Shown piece after piece: positions 1-10,226 of a stretch of 64,000 bases of DNA. The position numbers were made by a program, and so were the translations under genes. Each line of letters opens with the position of its first letter. Positions within the stretch are counted from its first letter, which is position 1. The stretch is taken from the IMG/VR virus record IMGVR_UViG_3300027419_000032, positions 1,375 through 65,374 of that record; one strand, written 5' to 3'. The DNA is from a virus. Taxonomy: Duplodnaviria > Caudoviricetes. The notes beneath the pieces were generated by a model that searched no databases, was not told the DNA's origin, and saw only the letters and a list, made by a program, of their open reading frames with translations.

Positions 1-519
1 AGCTATTTATATAAATTCATTTGTTATTTTATGGATATCATATTAAACTCATAAATCTATATCACTCTTCTCCTTATTCCATATCCTTATGGCCTTACAT
101 CTATTTATATCTAACTAAAAAGATTAATTCTCCTAATAACGATTTATAAAACTTAAAAAGTCAAGAATTACTTATAAGGAAAATAAAATAATACTTTTAC
201 TTAAAATTGTTTAAAGGATTAATTCTTCTTGATATGGCATTATATCCAATTGTTAAATTATAGGCCTTAATAAGTTGTAAGACGAACCGTTTAAGGCACA
301 CAAAATTAATAAGTAATAGGATTATGTGATTTATGGGAGATTGTGAGATATAGAAAGCTCAGGTTATGTTTAAAACTATTGTGGTAATATGCTTACTGAT
401 AACGGTTATGGGTTTAGATGTTATTAAGTTTAATTTACTTAAAGTAAATAAAATTGACTTAAAAGTCAATAAGGAGTTATAAATATAATTTAAAAGTGAT
501 AAAAATAAAACAAAAAAAA

Positions 520-702
520 TCATAATAGGATTTCATCCCATTTAGGAGCGTTTTTAATTCTCCAGGCTTTAATATAATTATCATATTCTTCTTTATTTTT
601 AAATACAAAATTATCAAATTCTTTAACTTCTAAATTCTTTTCAATCCTTCCGAGATATCTATTTACATCTTTTCTAAATATTATTCTTTTCCATATAATC
701 AC
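520..702 (-). CDS. small hypothetical early-region protein
   Basis: 60-aa ORF at the end of a run of co-oriented minus-strand ORFs. Confidence 0.5.
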   Translation of the reverse strand: MIIWKRIIFRKDVNRYLGRIEKNLEVKEFDNFVFKNKEEYDNYIKAWRIKNAPKWDEILL

Positions 703-920
703 CTATTCAATAAAATTACTACAAAACAAATAATTAAAAATATAGCTCCATATTCAATTACTAAAAACCAATTATCATTTAAAAATTTATTAATAAAAAT
801 CACTCCCTTTCTCATTTAAATTTATTCTTTCATCTGGCCCAACAATTATAAAAGCGGTTTTATCCTCAGTCCTTCTATTTTGCCAATTAAAATGTTTCCA
901 TTCTTTTTTATCCATGTTAT

Positions 921-1157
921 TCACTCTCCATTTATTAATGTATTAATATATTCTTCTAGGCATCTTTGATATTTTTGAGGAAGATTAATATAAATTTTGG
1001 TTGAACAAATTGTAATATTTATAATTTTATTTAATTCCTCCTCAGATAATTTATCCAATGGGAGCGATTTAATCAATTTATTCGATTCATTTTTTAAAAA
1101 AATATAATTATTTTGTGCATCAGATTTTTTCATATTAATCAACCTCTTTAATTTCAA
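921..1157 (-). CDS. hypothetical protein
   Basis: 78-aa ORF overlapping the upstream ORF end; operon-like packing. Confidence 0.55.
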   Translation of the reverse strand: MKLKRLINMKKSDAQNNYIFLKNESNKLIKSLPLDKLSEEELNKIINITICSTKIYINLPQKYQRCLEEYINTLINGE

Positions 1158-1611
1158 TTTTATTTATATCAGTCTCACTAAACCCAATTTCTTTTAATTG
1201 AGCTTTCAAATTATTTAATTCCTCTTTTTCTATTTCTTCCATATAATCTCTTCCACTATCAGATTCAATTCCATAGAGTCCACCGGAAGTAATACGTTGG
1301 ATCACCCCATTAATATTAATTTCGGCTTCGGCTATGATGCCTATATAACACCAATTACCATTATTTAGGCTTTCCATCCTTTCATAATCTTGTTTTGCTT
1401 GAAGGAAAAGATCTTTTTTTTCTTTTTGGGTTTTTCCGGTTAACGGGTTTACATATGGATTAAAATATCTATATTCTCCTCTATTCATATCCCCTAAAAT
1501 TTTACGATCAAAAGAGAATTTGTTTCTTTTATTAGAATATTCTCCCATGTATGATGTATCTGGGCTTTCATCGACTACGTGTTTAATTTTGATTGATTGA
1601 ATTTTTTTCAT
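1135..1611 (-). CDS. hypothetical phage early protein
   Basis: 158 aa with globular composition (DESPD...SGGLYGIESDS); tightly packed. Confidence 0.8.
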   Translation of the reverse strand: MKKIQSIKIKHVVDESPDTSYMGEYSNKRNKFSFDRKILGDMNRGEYRYFNPYVNPLTGKTQKEKKDLFLQAKQDYERMESLNNGNWCYIGIIAEAEININGVIQRITSGGLYGIESDSGRDYMEEIEKEELNNLKAQLKEIGFSETDINKIEIKEVD

Positions 1612-1617
1612 TTTTAA

Positions 1618-1875
1618 TCACTCTCCCTTATTTAATTCTAATTCTATTTCAGTAATATATTTATTGTCGGCCAAAAGTTCGACTAGATTACATATTTCTT
1701 TTATTTGTTGTTGGTTTAGAAATCCTTTAGAATAATATTCTTTATATGGAAAGCTGGTAATAAAATTGTTATGTGGAGATCTATTTAATTTTATTTCAAG
1801 ATATACATTTTTATTGTCTATATCTTTTAACTGATATAGTTCTCCTCTTATATAGGAAATTAATTTGAATTTCAT
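1618..1875 (-). CDS. hypothetical protein
   Basis: 85-aa ORF preceded by GGAGAG RBS-like sequence. Confidence 0.7.
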   Translation of the reverse strand: MKFKLISYIRGELYQLKDIDNKNVYLEIKLNRSPHNNFITSFPYKEYYSKGFLNQQQIKEICNLVELLADNKYITEIELELNKGE

Positions 1876-1889
1876 TTATACCGCTCTCC

Positions 1890-2399
1890 TTAATGATCCT
1901 TTGCCATTTCGTTTTTAAAATCTTCCTCAATTTCCTCCTCGCAAACCCATTTTGCGAATTCTATTCCCATGTTGTATACTTCTTCTTTTTCTTCCAATTG
2001 TGCGAGAGAAAGAAGTTGAAATCCGTCTTCAATTTCCAAGTCATCTTCCAAGACTTCAGAAATATAATAAACCCTGTCATTCCTGGAATGGAGCCACGCC
2101 GTAAGATCAGAAGTATATGAATCAGCTTCTAAAGAACTAAAAATGTCATCTCTTAAGGCATCAAAATCTATATCTTCCAAATTAATATTCTCATCATACA
2201 TGGATTCGTATATTGCATCAAAGCAATAACTTAACCATTTGTAATGATAATCATCTACTTCTAAATCCAAATGGAAAAGTTTATTCATCATTTCTTCATT
2301 TTTGCCTATTAAATCAGAGAAAATATAAACTTCTCTATCTTTTAAATAGGTCATTCCGTTTTTCAATATATTTCTTAAGTTTGAATCTTTAAATTTCAT
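1890..2399 (-). CDS. highly acidic protein, Ocr-like DNA-mimic candidate
   Basis: 44 D/E versus 16 K/R in 169 aa; helical acidic pattern EADSYTSDLTAWL...FQLLSLAQLEEKEEV; early-region position. Confidence 0.55.
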   Translation of the reverse strand: MKFKDSNLRNILKNGMTYLKDREVYIFSDLIGKNEEMMNKLFHLDLEVDDYHYKWLSYCFDAIYESMYDENINLEDIDFDALRDDIFSSLEADSYTSDLTAWLHSRNDRVYYISEVLEDDLEIEDGFQLLSLAQLEEKEEVYNMGIEFAKWVCEEEIEEDFKNEMAKDH

Positions 2400-3241
2400 A
2401 TTTCCACCATATCCATTAATTGATCCTTAATCGATCTATTTAAATCTATTTGCCACATTCTTTTAGCATATTCTACCTTTTCGTTATAAGTTAAACTATT
2501 TTGTGAAAATGATTTTTTCAGATCTTCCTTAATCATTTCTTCAATTCTTGAAGCTTCTTCGGACTCCCTTTGAGAAAAATCTTCTTCATCAAAAATGGGA
2601 TACTCTTCCAATTTTTCTAGTATCTCCTCACATTTTTCTATAGAATCATAGTCGTCCTCGCGGACTCCTATTGATTCTATCCAACCCACCGCCCAGTGAT
2701 TAGAGCGGATTTCTATGAAATTTATACTATTCTTTTCACAAAAGGATTTAATACTCTGATAGTTGGACTCTTCTAAAATTTTTGAGTCTCTGGAATGAGA
2801 TACTAAAATATAATATTCGTCATATCTTTTTCCGATGTAATAGGAGTCATCCCATTTAGGCATTTTAGTTATCAAGTTATTTCTATTTAAGAAGTTTAAT
2901 ACTTCTTGGTAATTATCCTCTAAAGTTTGAGGAAAATTATATGGTAGAATATTATTCTCTATCAAATATTCTACATAGTCAGAACTTGATTTAGAAATAT
3001 CTCTAATTTTATTTAGAGTATTATCCCATTTCTCTTTATCAAATATATCAACTCCTTTATACAAGAAGTTAATATAATCTCTAGTTATATAATCTGTTTT
3101 TATTTGATGTAATTCATAAAAAGCTTGTTTGGATTGATGATCTATTTCAATATACAAATGATGTATATTGAATAAATCTAATTCATGAGGTGCGAAAAAT
3201 TCTTTTATTTGTCTCTTGTCCATTAATATAAAATTTTGCAT
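2396..3241 (-). CDS. hypothetical phage protein (HWAVGW motif, acidic C-terminal half)
   Basis: 281-aa ORF with 4-bp overlap to the next gene. Confidence 0.8.
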   Translation of the reverse strand: MQNFILMDKRQIKEFFAPHELDLFNIHHLYIEIDHQSKQAFYELHQIKTDYITRDYINFLYKGVDIFDKEKWDNTLNKIRDISKSSSDYVEYLIENNILPYNFPQTLEDNYQEVLNFLNRNNLITKMPKWDDSYYIGKRYDEYYILVSHSRDSKILEESNYQSIKSFCEKNSINFIEIRSNHWAVGWIESIGVREDDYDSIEKCEEILEKLEEYPIFDEEDFSQRESEEASRIEEMIKEDLKKSFSQNSLTYNEKVEYAKRMWQIDLNRSIKDQLMDMVEI

Positions 3242-3263
3242 TTATTTCATCTCCTTTTAAACT

Positions 3264-3668
3264 TTAAAGTGTAACAATAATATTATATGTATCATATTGA
3301 TTGTATTCAACTACACAAATACATTCTTTTTCTATTTCATCGGCTATATAGTCGTCTAAATTATTTATTTCTCCCTCTTCCTCAAGCAGTTTTTTAAGTT
3401 CGTCGGGAATGTATTCCTCAAAAGAAGAATATTCATATATAAGGATAAAATTATCTTCCTCATCTAAAGTTAAATAAATTCCAGAGTATCCTTTATATTT
3501 TATTTCTAGGGAACCTATCTTAGTTAATTTATCTTTATCAAATATATCTTCTAAAGTCCTTAAAAATTGCGCCGCTTCTAACATCGGCTCAATTGTATCC
3601 TGTTTAATGTTTTTAATGACATCTTGAGTTAATTTTTCTATTTGATCCATTTTAATCATCTCCCTCAA
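3264..3668 (-). CDS. acidic hypothetical protein
   Basis: 134-aa ORF in the minus-strand operon. Confidence 0.75.
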   Translation of the reverse strand: MREMIKMDQIEKLTQDVIKNIKQDTIEPMLEAAQFLRTLEDIFDKDKLTKIGSLEIKYKGYSGIYLTLDEEDNFILIYEYSSFEEYIPDELKKLLEEEGEINNLDDYIADEIEKECICVVEYNQYDTYNIIVTL

Positions 3669-3716
3669 TTAATTGCCCACAAAAAGAGAAAAAATTTTCT
3701 CAATTTGTTGAGTTAA

Positions 3717-3893
3717 TTAAGGAATTCTTACTTTTCCATCTATTAAAGTTCTTAATTCTTTTATGGATGTACAAATTTTACAGGTTTTTGCATCATAGGG
3801 CTTATCTGGGCCGTCGCAAGCCCAAAAATCACAACCACATTCTTTTAAACACTTAATAATCTCCCTTATTTTTCTCCTTTCTTTACTGTTCAA
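3717..3893 (-). CDS. small Cys-rich (Zn-binding?) protein, TTG start
   Basis: manual translation LNSKERRKIREIIKCLKECGCDFWACDGPDKPYDAKTCKICTSIKELRTLIDGKVRIP; GAGGG upstream; not in the ORF track. Confidence 0.55.
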   Translation of the reverse strand: MNSKERRKIREIIKCLKECGCDFWACDGPDKPYDAKTCKICTSIKELRTLIDGKVRIP

Positions 3894-3995
3894 ATTTATC
3901 CCTCTTCTTCAAGGATTATTACTATTTCAGACATATTTTATCTCCTCTTAAACTTTCACTCACTAAAAAAGTTAAAACTCTTTTAGTGTAGTGGT

Positions 3996-4280
3996 CTAAA
4001 GGAATTCGATGTTAGCCAATACCGATTTAGGGTTTAATTGTTTAATATTCATAACGATAATAATTCTGTCGAACCAATCAATGTTATTTGCGTCTATTTC
4101 AGTATTATTTATAAATAGATACAAATAATTAGCAGTCTCGATACATGAAGAATTATAAACGTCTAAAATTATATCTTCATGTATTAAAACCTGACTGTCA
4201 ATGTTGTGTGGTTGTTGCGGTTTTTCCTGTGCTATTCCCGTGCTCGCGAGGAGCAACAAAACTACTAGGTATTTATACAT
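3996..4280 (-). CDS. small secreted protein
   Basis: N-terminal signal peptide MYKYLVVLLLLASTGIAQE. Confidence 0.65.
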   Translation of the reverse strand: MYKYLVVLLLLASTGIAQEKPQQPHNIDSQVLIHEDIILDVYNSSCIETANYLYLFINNTEIDANNIDWFDRIIIVMNIKQLNPKSVLANIEFL

Positions 4281-4321
4281 TTAAATCAGTCCTATTTATT
4301 TTTTTATTTTGTTAACAAAAT

Positions 4322-5239
4322 TTAGTCTCTCGTTCCTGTCATTCCTTTTGTACTTCTCCTCCCAATTTTTATTTTATACCAAAAATCTTTTGGTATAATT
4401 ATTTCGGGGTGTTGATTCTTTTTATGATATATTTTTCCGTCCGAAATGTAAAACTGATTTCCTCTTCTTGAGATTTTGCCGTCGCAAAAATGGCTATCGA
4501 TTATTTGATAGTTTGTTACTTCTTTAAATTTCTTACATTTTTCTTCTATCTTGAATACGGCTACGTCTCCTTGCCTTGTTAGATTTTTTAGTGAGTCTAA
4601 GGGTCCCAAATTCCAAATCCATCTAATAGCTGTGCCGATGGAATTACAAGAATCCGATACCTGATGAGCGAATTTTGAGCCAGACTCATTATATCCGACT
4701 AGATATTTATCCTCGCGACGCGAAGGATACCATTTTGAAGATTTTGAGTAGGATCGCGATCTTAGAACTTTCGCGAGAATTAGGACTTTGCCTGTGGCAT
4801 GATATTTTTTTAGATCTTTTTTGTTATTTATATAATCTTGAATATAGATATCAATATCGTCATTTGACAAATATACTCTATGCTCATCATGGTCGATTGC
4901 GGTTTCCTGGACTAATTCTTTTAATTGATTTATATAAATTAGTTTTTTGGCAGTTTGGGTTTTCTTTAGTTCTTTAATTCTTTTTGGAAGCAGTTTTATG
5001 AGGAATTTTAAATTCTCCTCAGTGTAAGGTTTTCTTGTCCGGCCAAATAAACGAATTTGGCCGAATACAAAATTAATTGTAAATCTGGAAGGATAATTAA
5101 TTTTGTATTTCTTATTTAAAATGATTTTATTTTCTGAGGTTAATTCGGTGTGATAAATAGAAGTAGATCCAAATCTCTCTTCTATTTTCGATTTAAATTC
5201 GTCGGCTGAAATAGTTTTCATTTCATTCTCCCTCCACAT
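4322..5239 (-). CDS. hypothetical phage protein (RQGD...H...HPEI motif)
   Basis: 305-aa ORF. Confidence 0.8.
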   Translation of the reverse strand: MWRENEMKTISADEFKSKIEERFGSTSIYHTELTSENKIILNKKYKINYPSRFTINFVFGQIRLFGRTRKPYTEENLKFLIKLLPKRIKELKKTQTAKKLIYINQLKELVQETAIDHDEHRVYLSNDDIDIYIQDYINNKKDLKKYHATGKVLILAKVLRSRSYSKSSKWYPSRREDKYLVGYNESGSKFAHQVSDSCNSIGTAIRWIWNLGPLDSLKNLTRQGDVAVFKIEEKCKKFKEVTNYQIIDSHFCDGKISRRGNQFYISDGKIYHKKNQHPEIIIPKDFWYKIKIGRRSTKGMTGTRD

Positions 5240-5479
5240 AAATTCTTTTCGCTAACTCACTGATATATGTTCTCCCTATCGGATAATTATAATCCAACGC
5301 ATTTTGAACTATCCATAGAGCTTTATTCTCTTCTATTTTGTTTTCCTTGCAATATTTGGCCGCGTTGCAAGCCCTTTCATATGCCGTTATCATTTTTTTT
5401 CATCTCCTTTTATATACTGCTTATTATTGGCGCTAAACAAAAGAATTAGTTTTATTTAGCGCCGGGAATAATTAATAGA

Positions 5480-5893
5480 TTATTCTAATTTTGATAAAAG
5501 TTTTTCATTTTCCATCGCTACCACGATATTTTCGCGATAGAATGAAGAACTCTTATCTATCATTTCTCCCACCATTTTTATAATGGCAATTGAATCTATT
5601 TCACCGTTCAAAGGTTTGAGACTTCGAGACAAGTCTCGCCACGTTTGACCCCATCCATCGAATGGGCGACAATAATCAATCAGGATTGTATCCTTTCCAG
5701 CTACAAGCTGGTAGATGGTGCCTGACCACTTTCCATTTTTCTTGTAGTGGCTTCCAGTCACTACAACCTTGCCAGGGATAGATTTTCCCTGGAAAACCTC
5801 AAGTTTTCCCTCGCTCAAAACGAGCAATTGGGGGGTTCTGCTGCGATTCCTCATTTCAGAGGACCATGTTATTTCTTGCATTTTTCTTTTCAT
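5480..5893 (-). CDS. hypothetical phage protein (FQGKSIPG...KNGKWS motif)
   Basis: 137-aa ORF. Confidence 0.75.
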   Translation of the reverse strand: MKRKMQEITWSSEMRNRSRTPQLLVLSEGKLEVFQGKSIPGKVVVTGSHYKKNGKWSGTIYQLVAGKDTILIDYCRPFDGWGQTWRDLSRSLKPLNGEIDSIAIIKMVGEMIDKSSSFYRENIVVAMENEKLLSKLE

Positions 5894-6039
5894 CTCCTAT
5901 ATGTTATTTATTATCGCGAGATTTTTACATCTCGCGCGAAATAATTTCTCAATATTGTTGTTTCAATATTATTGTTTCAATAACGTTATCATTATTAATA
6001 TTCCTACAAAATAAGTTAAAATATAAATTAGATTGTTTT

Positions 6040-6222
6040 CTAATGAAAAATATTCTTTAATGTTTTCACTTCCATAAAATGCTTTATTTCTCTTTTTGGA
6101 ACAAAATTAGAGAATGTTCTTTTGGTTTTTTCGTGGATATTGAAATTCCCATATTTTTCTTCTATACATCGAGCCGCGGCGGATTTGCGACGGTTAAGTT
6201 TGCGTTTTTGGCCGTGAGACAT
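6040..6222 (-). CDS. small basic hypothetical protein
   Basis: 60-aa ORF co-oriented with neighbours. Confidence 0.35.
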   Translation of the reverse strand: MSHGQKRKLNRRKSAAARCIEEKYGNFNIHEKTKRTFSNFVPKREIKHFMEVKTLKNIFH

Positions 6223-6359
6223 TTATATCATTCCTCAAATCCCCCCAGTATATGCGCATACGCATATCAGTGCGTAAAAAATTATCACTAATGCCGATCC
6301 GCCGTAAACAAACCATTGTTCAAAATACCAACAATTCGATTGCATTTTGATATCCCTCC

Positions 6360-6548
6360 TTAAAGATCTCCCAGCCTTAATCCGTCTATTTCCAAAAGGG
6401 TTTCCGCCAAAACCCCGATTAGAAAAATAAAAATAAGATCATCAAACATTAGGTCTAAAAATATGGGTTTGGAGATTAATACATATAACATTGTTACAGT
6501 TGAGATAGTCTTCGCCGCAATTGAAATTATCCTAAGCATTGTTTTCAT
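6360..6548 (-). CDS. small membrane protein
   Basis: 62 aa with two hydrophobic segments. Confidence 0.55.
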   Translation of the reverse strand: MKTMLRIISIAAKTISTVTMLYVLISKPIFLDLMFDDLIFIFLIGVLAETLLEIDGLRLGDL

Positions 6549-7174
6549 CTCTTATCATTCCTTTTCTTAAAAACTTTCTAGCTCAAAAAGGTTTTTAATC
6601 CTCTTTGTGTCTAGGTTTTCAAGCTTCCGTCAAATTTATTTGAACCTCTTTTTTTTGATAATTCGTCTTTTTAGGCTTTTACTCTCTCAGAAAAATCCCT
6701 TTAAAAAGGCTGGATTCTTTTTCAGAGGATTCTAGTTCTCGCGATTTCAGGAGAGATCTAAGCCCCTAACTTTCTCCTGTCGCGTTTTTAGGAAGCCGGA
6801 AATGGGCCTTTCTCTCATCTTTTTCTTTTCTTTCAGTAGAGAGAAAGACGTGGCATTTCCGCTAGACTTCCCGGTTATTAGCCCTTGTTTTTTTCTGAGA
6901 TCTGAGTTTTTTTGCACCTCACATCTCAGCAATACATACTATGGCGTTTCGACTATTTATACTTTTCTAGTGAAATTCAACGAAATTAGAATAAAATAAC
7001 GTTTATATGAATTATGATATAGTGCGATTATTAAATAAATATCGGTAGGACAAAACAAAGAGATATATCTCCCCGGCTCCGCGCGAAAGGGCGCGAAGGG
7101 ACAAAAGAAGGAAGATAGCCCGCGCGAGAGATGGATCACTACGCGAGCTGATGATGTTTTGTGCGCGCGAGTGG

Positions 7175-7226
7175 CTTTTTATTCGTGTTTTTGTTGGTTA
7201 GCGGCTAGAAAAAGCACGAATAAAAG
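7175..7226. repeat. stem-loop with ~16-bp stem
   Basis: TTTTATTCGTGTTTTT ... AAAAAGCACGAATAAAA with ~16-nt loop. Confidence 0.7.
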
Positions 7227-7473
7227 ATTATATGAAATTACTTTGTAGAATGTAGAGTAAAATACCTTATTTGAAACATATAGAAATATAGTTATTTAAT
7301 TCTAATTGTATAAATATAGCTAATGTATATCATAATGTTCTACTGATATTTATATTTAATAGATATAAATTATTTCGTAAAATCAGTTTTAAGACAGGTT
7401 AAAATCTAAGATTGGTGATTAGTCGAATTAGGAAGAAAAGCTTAAATTTGAGGCAATCACAAAGGAATAGATT

Positions 7474-7514
7474 GAGATTGAGAATGAGATTGAGAATGAG
7501 ATTGAGAATGAGAT
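7474..7514. repeat. 12-bp tandem repeat (GAGATTGAGAAT)x3 plus partial copy
   Basis: read directly. Confidence 0.9.
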
Positions 7515-7960
7515 CTGATTTAGTTTATTATCTGGCATTCAATTTTTATATAATTATCAGTAGAACGTTAGAATAGTTTATATAACTCATAGTTGACATA
7601 ATTATAATATGGCTCTAAACTAATCCACTAAGATTAAAATAAAGAACGTAAATAATAAAGAGATATCAAAGTAAAAGAGGTATTAATATAAAATCTGTAG
7701 ATCGATTATACAGAGCCTCTACTGATTGCTGTTTATGTGAAAATATCACTTTAGATGTTAATTTAGTAAAAATAGTAGCAATAAATAAGAGTATTAGACT
7801 GAGGAAAAGATTGATATAGTGCAACAATCTATCACGATTAATTCTAGTGTGAATTAAATGTATAATAGTAACACGATTTTGTTTTATAAAAATAAGGCAG
7901 ATAAAAATATCAAGAGGCTTTGATCTCATTATTACGTTTTTATGTGAAAGTAAGAACGTT

Positions 7961-7994
7961 AACGATTTATAACGATTTATAACGATTTATAACG
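7961..7994. repeat. 10-bp tandem repeat (AACGATTTAT)x3 plus partial copy
   Basis: read directly; the same decamer occurs at 138-147. Confidence 0.9.
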
Positions 7995-8606
7995 GAGATA
8001 TATAACTATTCTACATATATGTTAATAGTTAATCGTGATAGTATAACTATTAATAATTATAAATTGGTGTAAAATGTAAAGAAAATACGTGTATTTTTTT
8101 ACAGTTTTGTATAACAATATTAATCATTATAAATTAATTTTATTGAATATAATTGTTTGTATAGTTATCAAGAAATAAAAACTTAGGATGGGTGGTTTGT
8201 GTTAAAAAGTCTTAAAAATGGTTGAACGAAAAACAGAGAATAGTAGACTCATAATTGAATTAATATAAAATTATTAAATATTATAATTTCACTGGTATTT
8301 ATATATTGTAAAGCAAATTAATTAGTTTTTGTGGTATGAAAAAGTGCCTTATTTTACAAATTGATGAGTTAATTGAGTTAATAAGCAATAATTGTAATAT
8401 AAATTAAAAAATTCGTCACAGTGTACAAAAGATACCTTCTCTACTTTGGTGTTTTTTGAAATTTTTTTGGCCTTCCTTAATTAATACTAAATGTATTTAT
8501 ATAATAATCATTTTAATTATTATATTTTTATATAAATCACTTTTGTTTTCTTTTACCCCCACCTTAAAAATTCTATAAATAGTATAAGTATTCTACTGTA
8601 TATGTT

Positions 8607-9218
8607 AATTACATTTATTCGAAAAAACTTTAAAAAAGTATTAATAGTATCTTATTGTTTTTTTTAGTTGAAAGCGATAGCAGACGACTATCTATCATGA
8701 ATAATTTTTTAGGAAGTGTTGAAATGCAAAGTTTATTAATATATAAATATCAGAAGACGTTAGAATTTTTAGTAATTTTTAGGTAAACCTAAAATTAAAC
8801 AAAAAGATAATTTTTTTATTTGTTTATTTAACGAATTGATGGGAAAATTTATAATGATAATTCGTTAACAAGTATTACGATTTCAAATAAAAGTATGCAA
8901 AAAAAAAGATTAAAATAGGAATTTAAAATAAAAATAAATAGCCAAAATCGAAAAAATAATCGTGATAGATTATTTAAGCATTATGTTAGCTAAATAAGAT
9001 TATAACTTGTTAATTTGTTTTTTATTTATAAACTCTAATAAAATTATCGATTTTTTAAAAACTAGGCCTTTACTGCTATTTATATATTAAAAAAGTTTAA
9101 AAGTTCTCACTTCCTAAAAAAATATTCGTGATAGATTACCTCCCGATACTTATTTACAACTCAAAAATAGCAAAATACTATTAATACTTTTTCAAACTTT
9201 TTTTAAATAAATGTAATT
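8607..9218. repeat. long imperfect inverted repeat, arms ~8607-8763 and ~9062-9218
   Basis: perfectly complementary blocks AATTACATTTATT, AAAAAGTATTAATAGTAT, TTTTTTAGGAAGTG and TTAATATATAAATA in collinear order. Confidence 0.85.
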
Positions 9219-10226
9219 TTCGTTTGGCATCGCCTCCCGCTAGCGAACGCGAAAAAACCACACGGTTTTTGTCTTTTTTTTTATTTTATAAGCTTAACAA
9301 TATTAAATTGCTATTCTAAATGTTTAATAATTATAAATAAGAATTAACTTGATCATTTTTTGTAAAGCTTTAAAATATTTTAATAATTGATAACGTTATT
9401 ATAAATTGATCACGATTTATTAACTAGATAACGATTTTAAAAATTAAACGCTAAGGTTTATAAAATTAATAAGATCTATAAAAGGAATAAGATTTAATAG
9501 ATTGTAGAATCTATATAGAATTTAAAATTATATAGATATTTATATTATTATAAACACTTTGCGTTTAAGTATATAAAATGAATAATATTTTAATAATTGA
9601 AAAGAAGGATTGTTATTAATGTTCAAAATGATTCTGATAATATAAATAATTATTAAGTTATTAAACATTGATTCGACCTATATCGATTAAAAACCGTTAT
9701 CAGTAAGCCATAAGAAATATACATATTTTTATAAATAACCTTCAAACTCGATAATCTAGTTCCGGCGCTCCATGATTTTAGAACGTCGCGGCATAGCGAT
9801 TTTTTCGGTAGCAGTAGACGTTATTTGTAGCTCTTATAGTATATGAAATGCTTGAATTGAGAAAGGCTTTTTGGGGTGAAAACATCTATTGTGAAATTAT
9901 TTTGGAAGTTGTGAGAAATAATTATTAAAGATTAATAAGATTAATTTAATTATAAGTTTAATAAATATTGTTAATTTAAATAGATTAATAATCGTTATTT
10001 AAATATAAAGTAAAATACAATTGTTAATTATATAATATAATATAATATTAATTAAATATAGTTAATTATATATAAATATTTATATAGGGGGTACCTTTAT
10101 AAAAATAAGTGCGGGCCGCGTGCTCGTTTAGCTAAAAAAAAATGACAGTCCAAATTAGATTAAATAGTAGTTAAATGATAGAAAGATTTATATATATTAA
10201 TAGGCAATTATTCGTATTGATCTTTT

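Larger units (their letters stand above)
6550..10226. other. large, mostly AT-rich non-coding region between divergent gene blocks (candidate origin/terminus/control region)
   Basis: no credible ORF over ~3.7 kb; genes diverge on either side; contains inverted and direct repeats. Confidence 0.75.

Noticed and set aside
5955-5985. GTTTCAAT occurring twice (resembles an archaeal CRISPR repeat end)
   Set aside because: Only 8 bp, 15 bp apart, no spacers; no array anywhere in the window.
7666-7929. 87-aa minus-strand ORF and other short ORFs in 6700-7200
   Set aside because: Low-complexity I/L/F-rich translation of AT-rich DNA with no RBS; likely non-coding.
8607-9218. Archaeal ORB/oriC elements
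   Set aside because: No GTTCCAGTGGAAAC-like ORB or G-string seen, and no Orc1/Cdc6 gene in the window.
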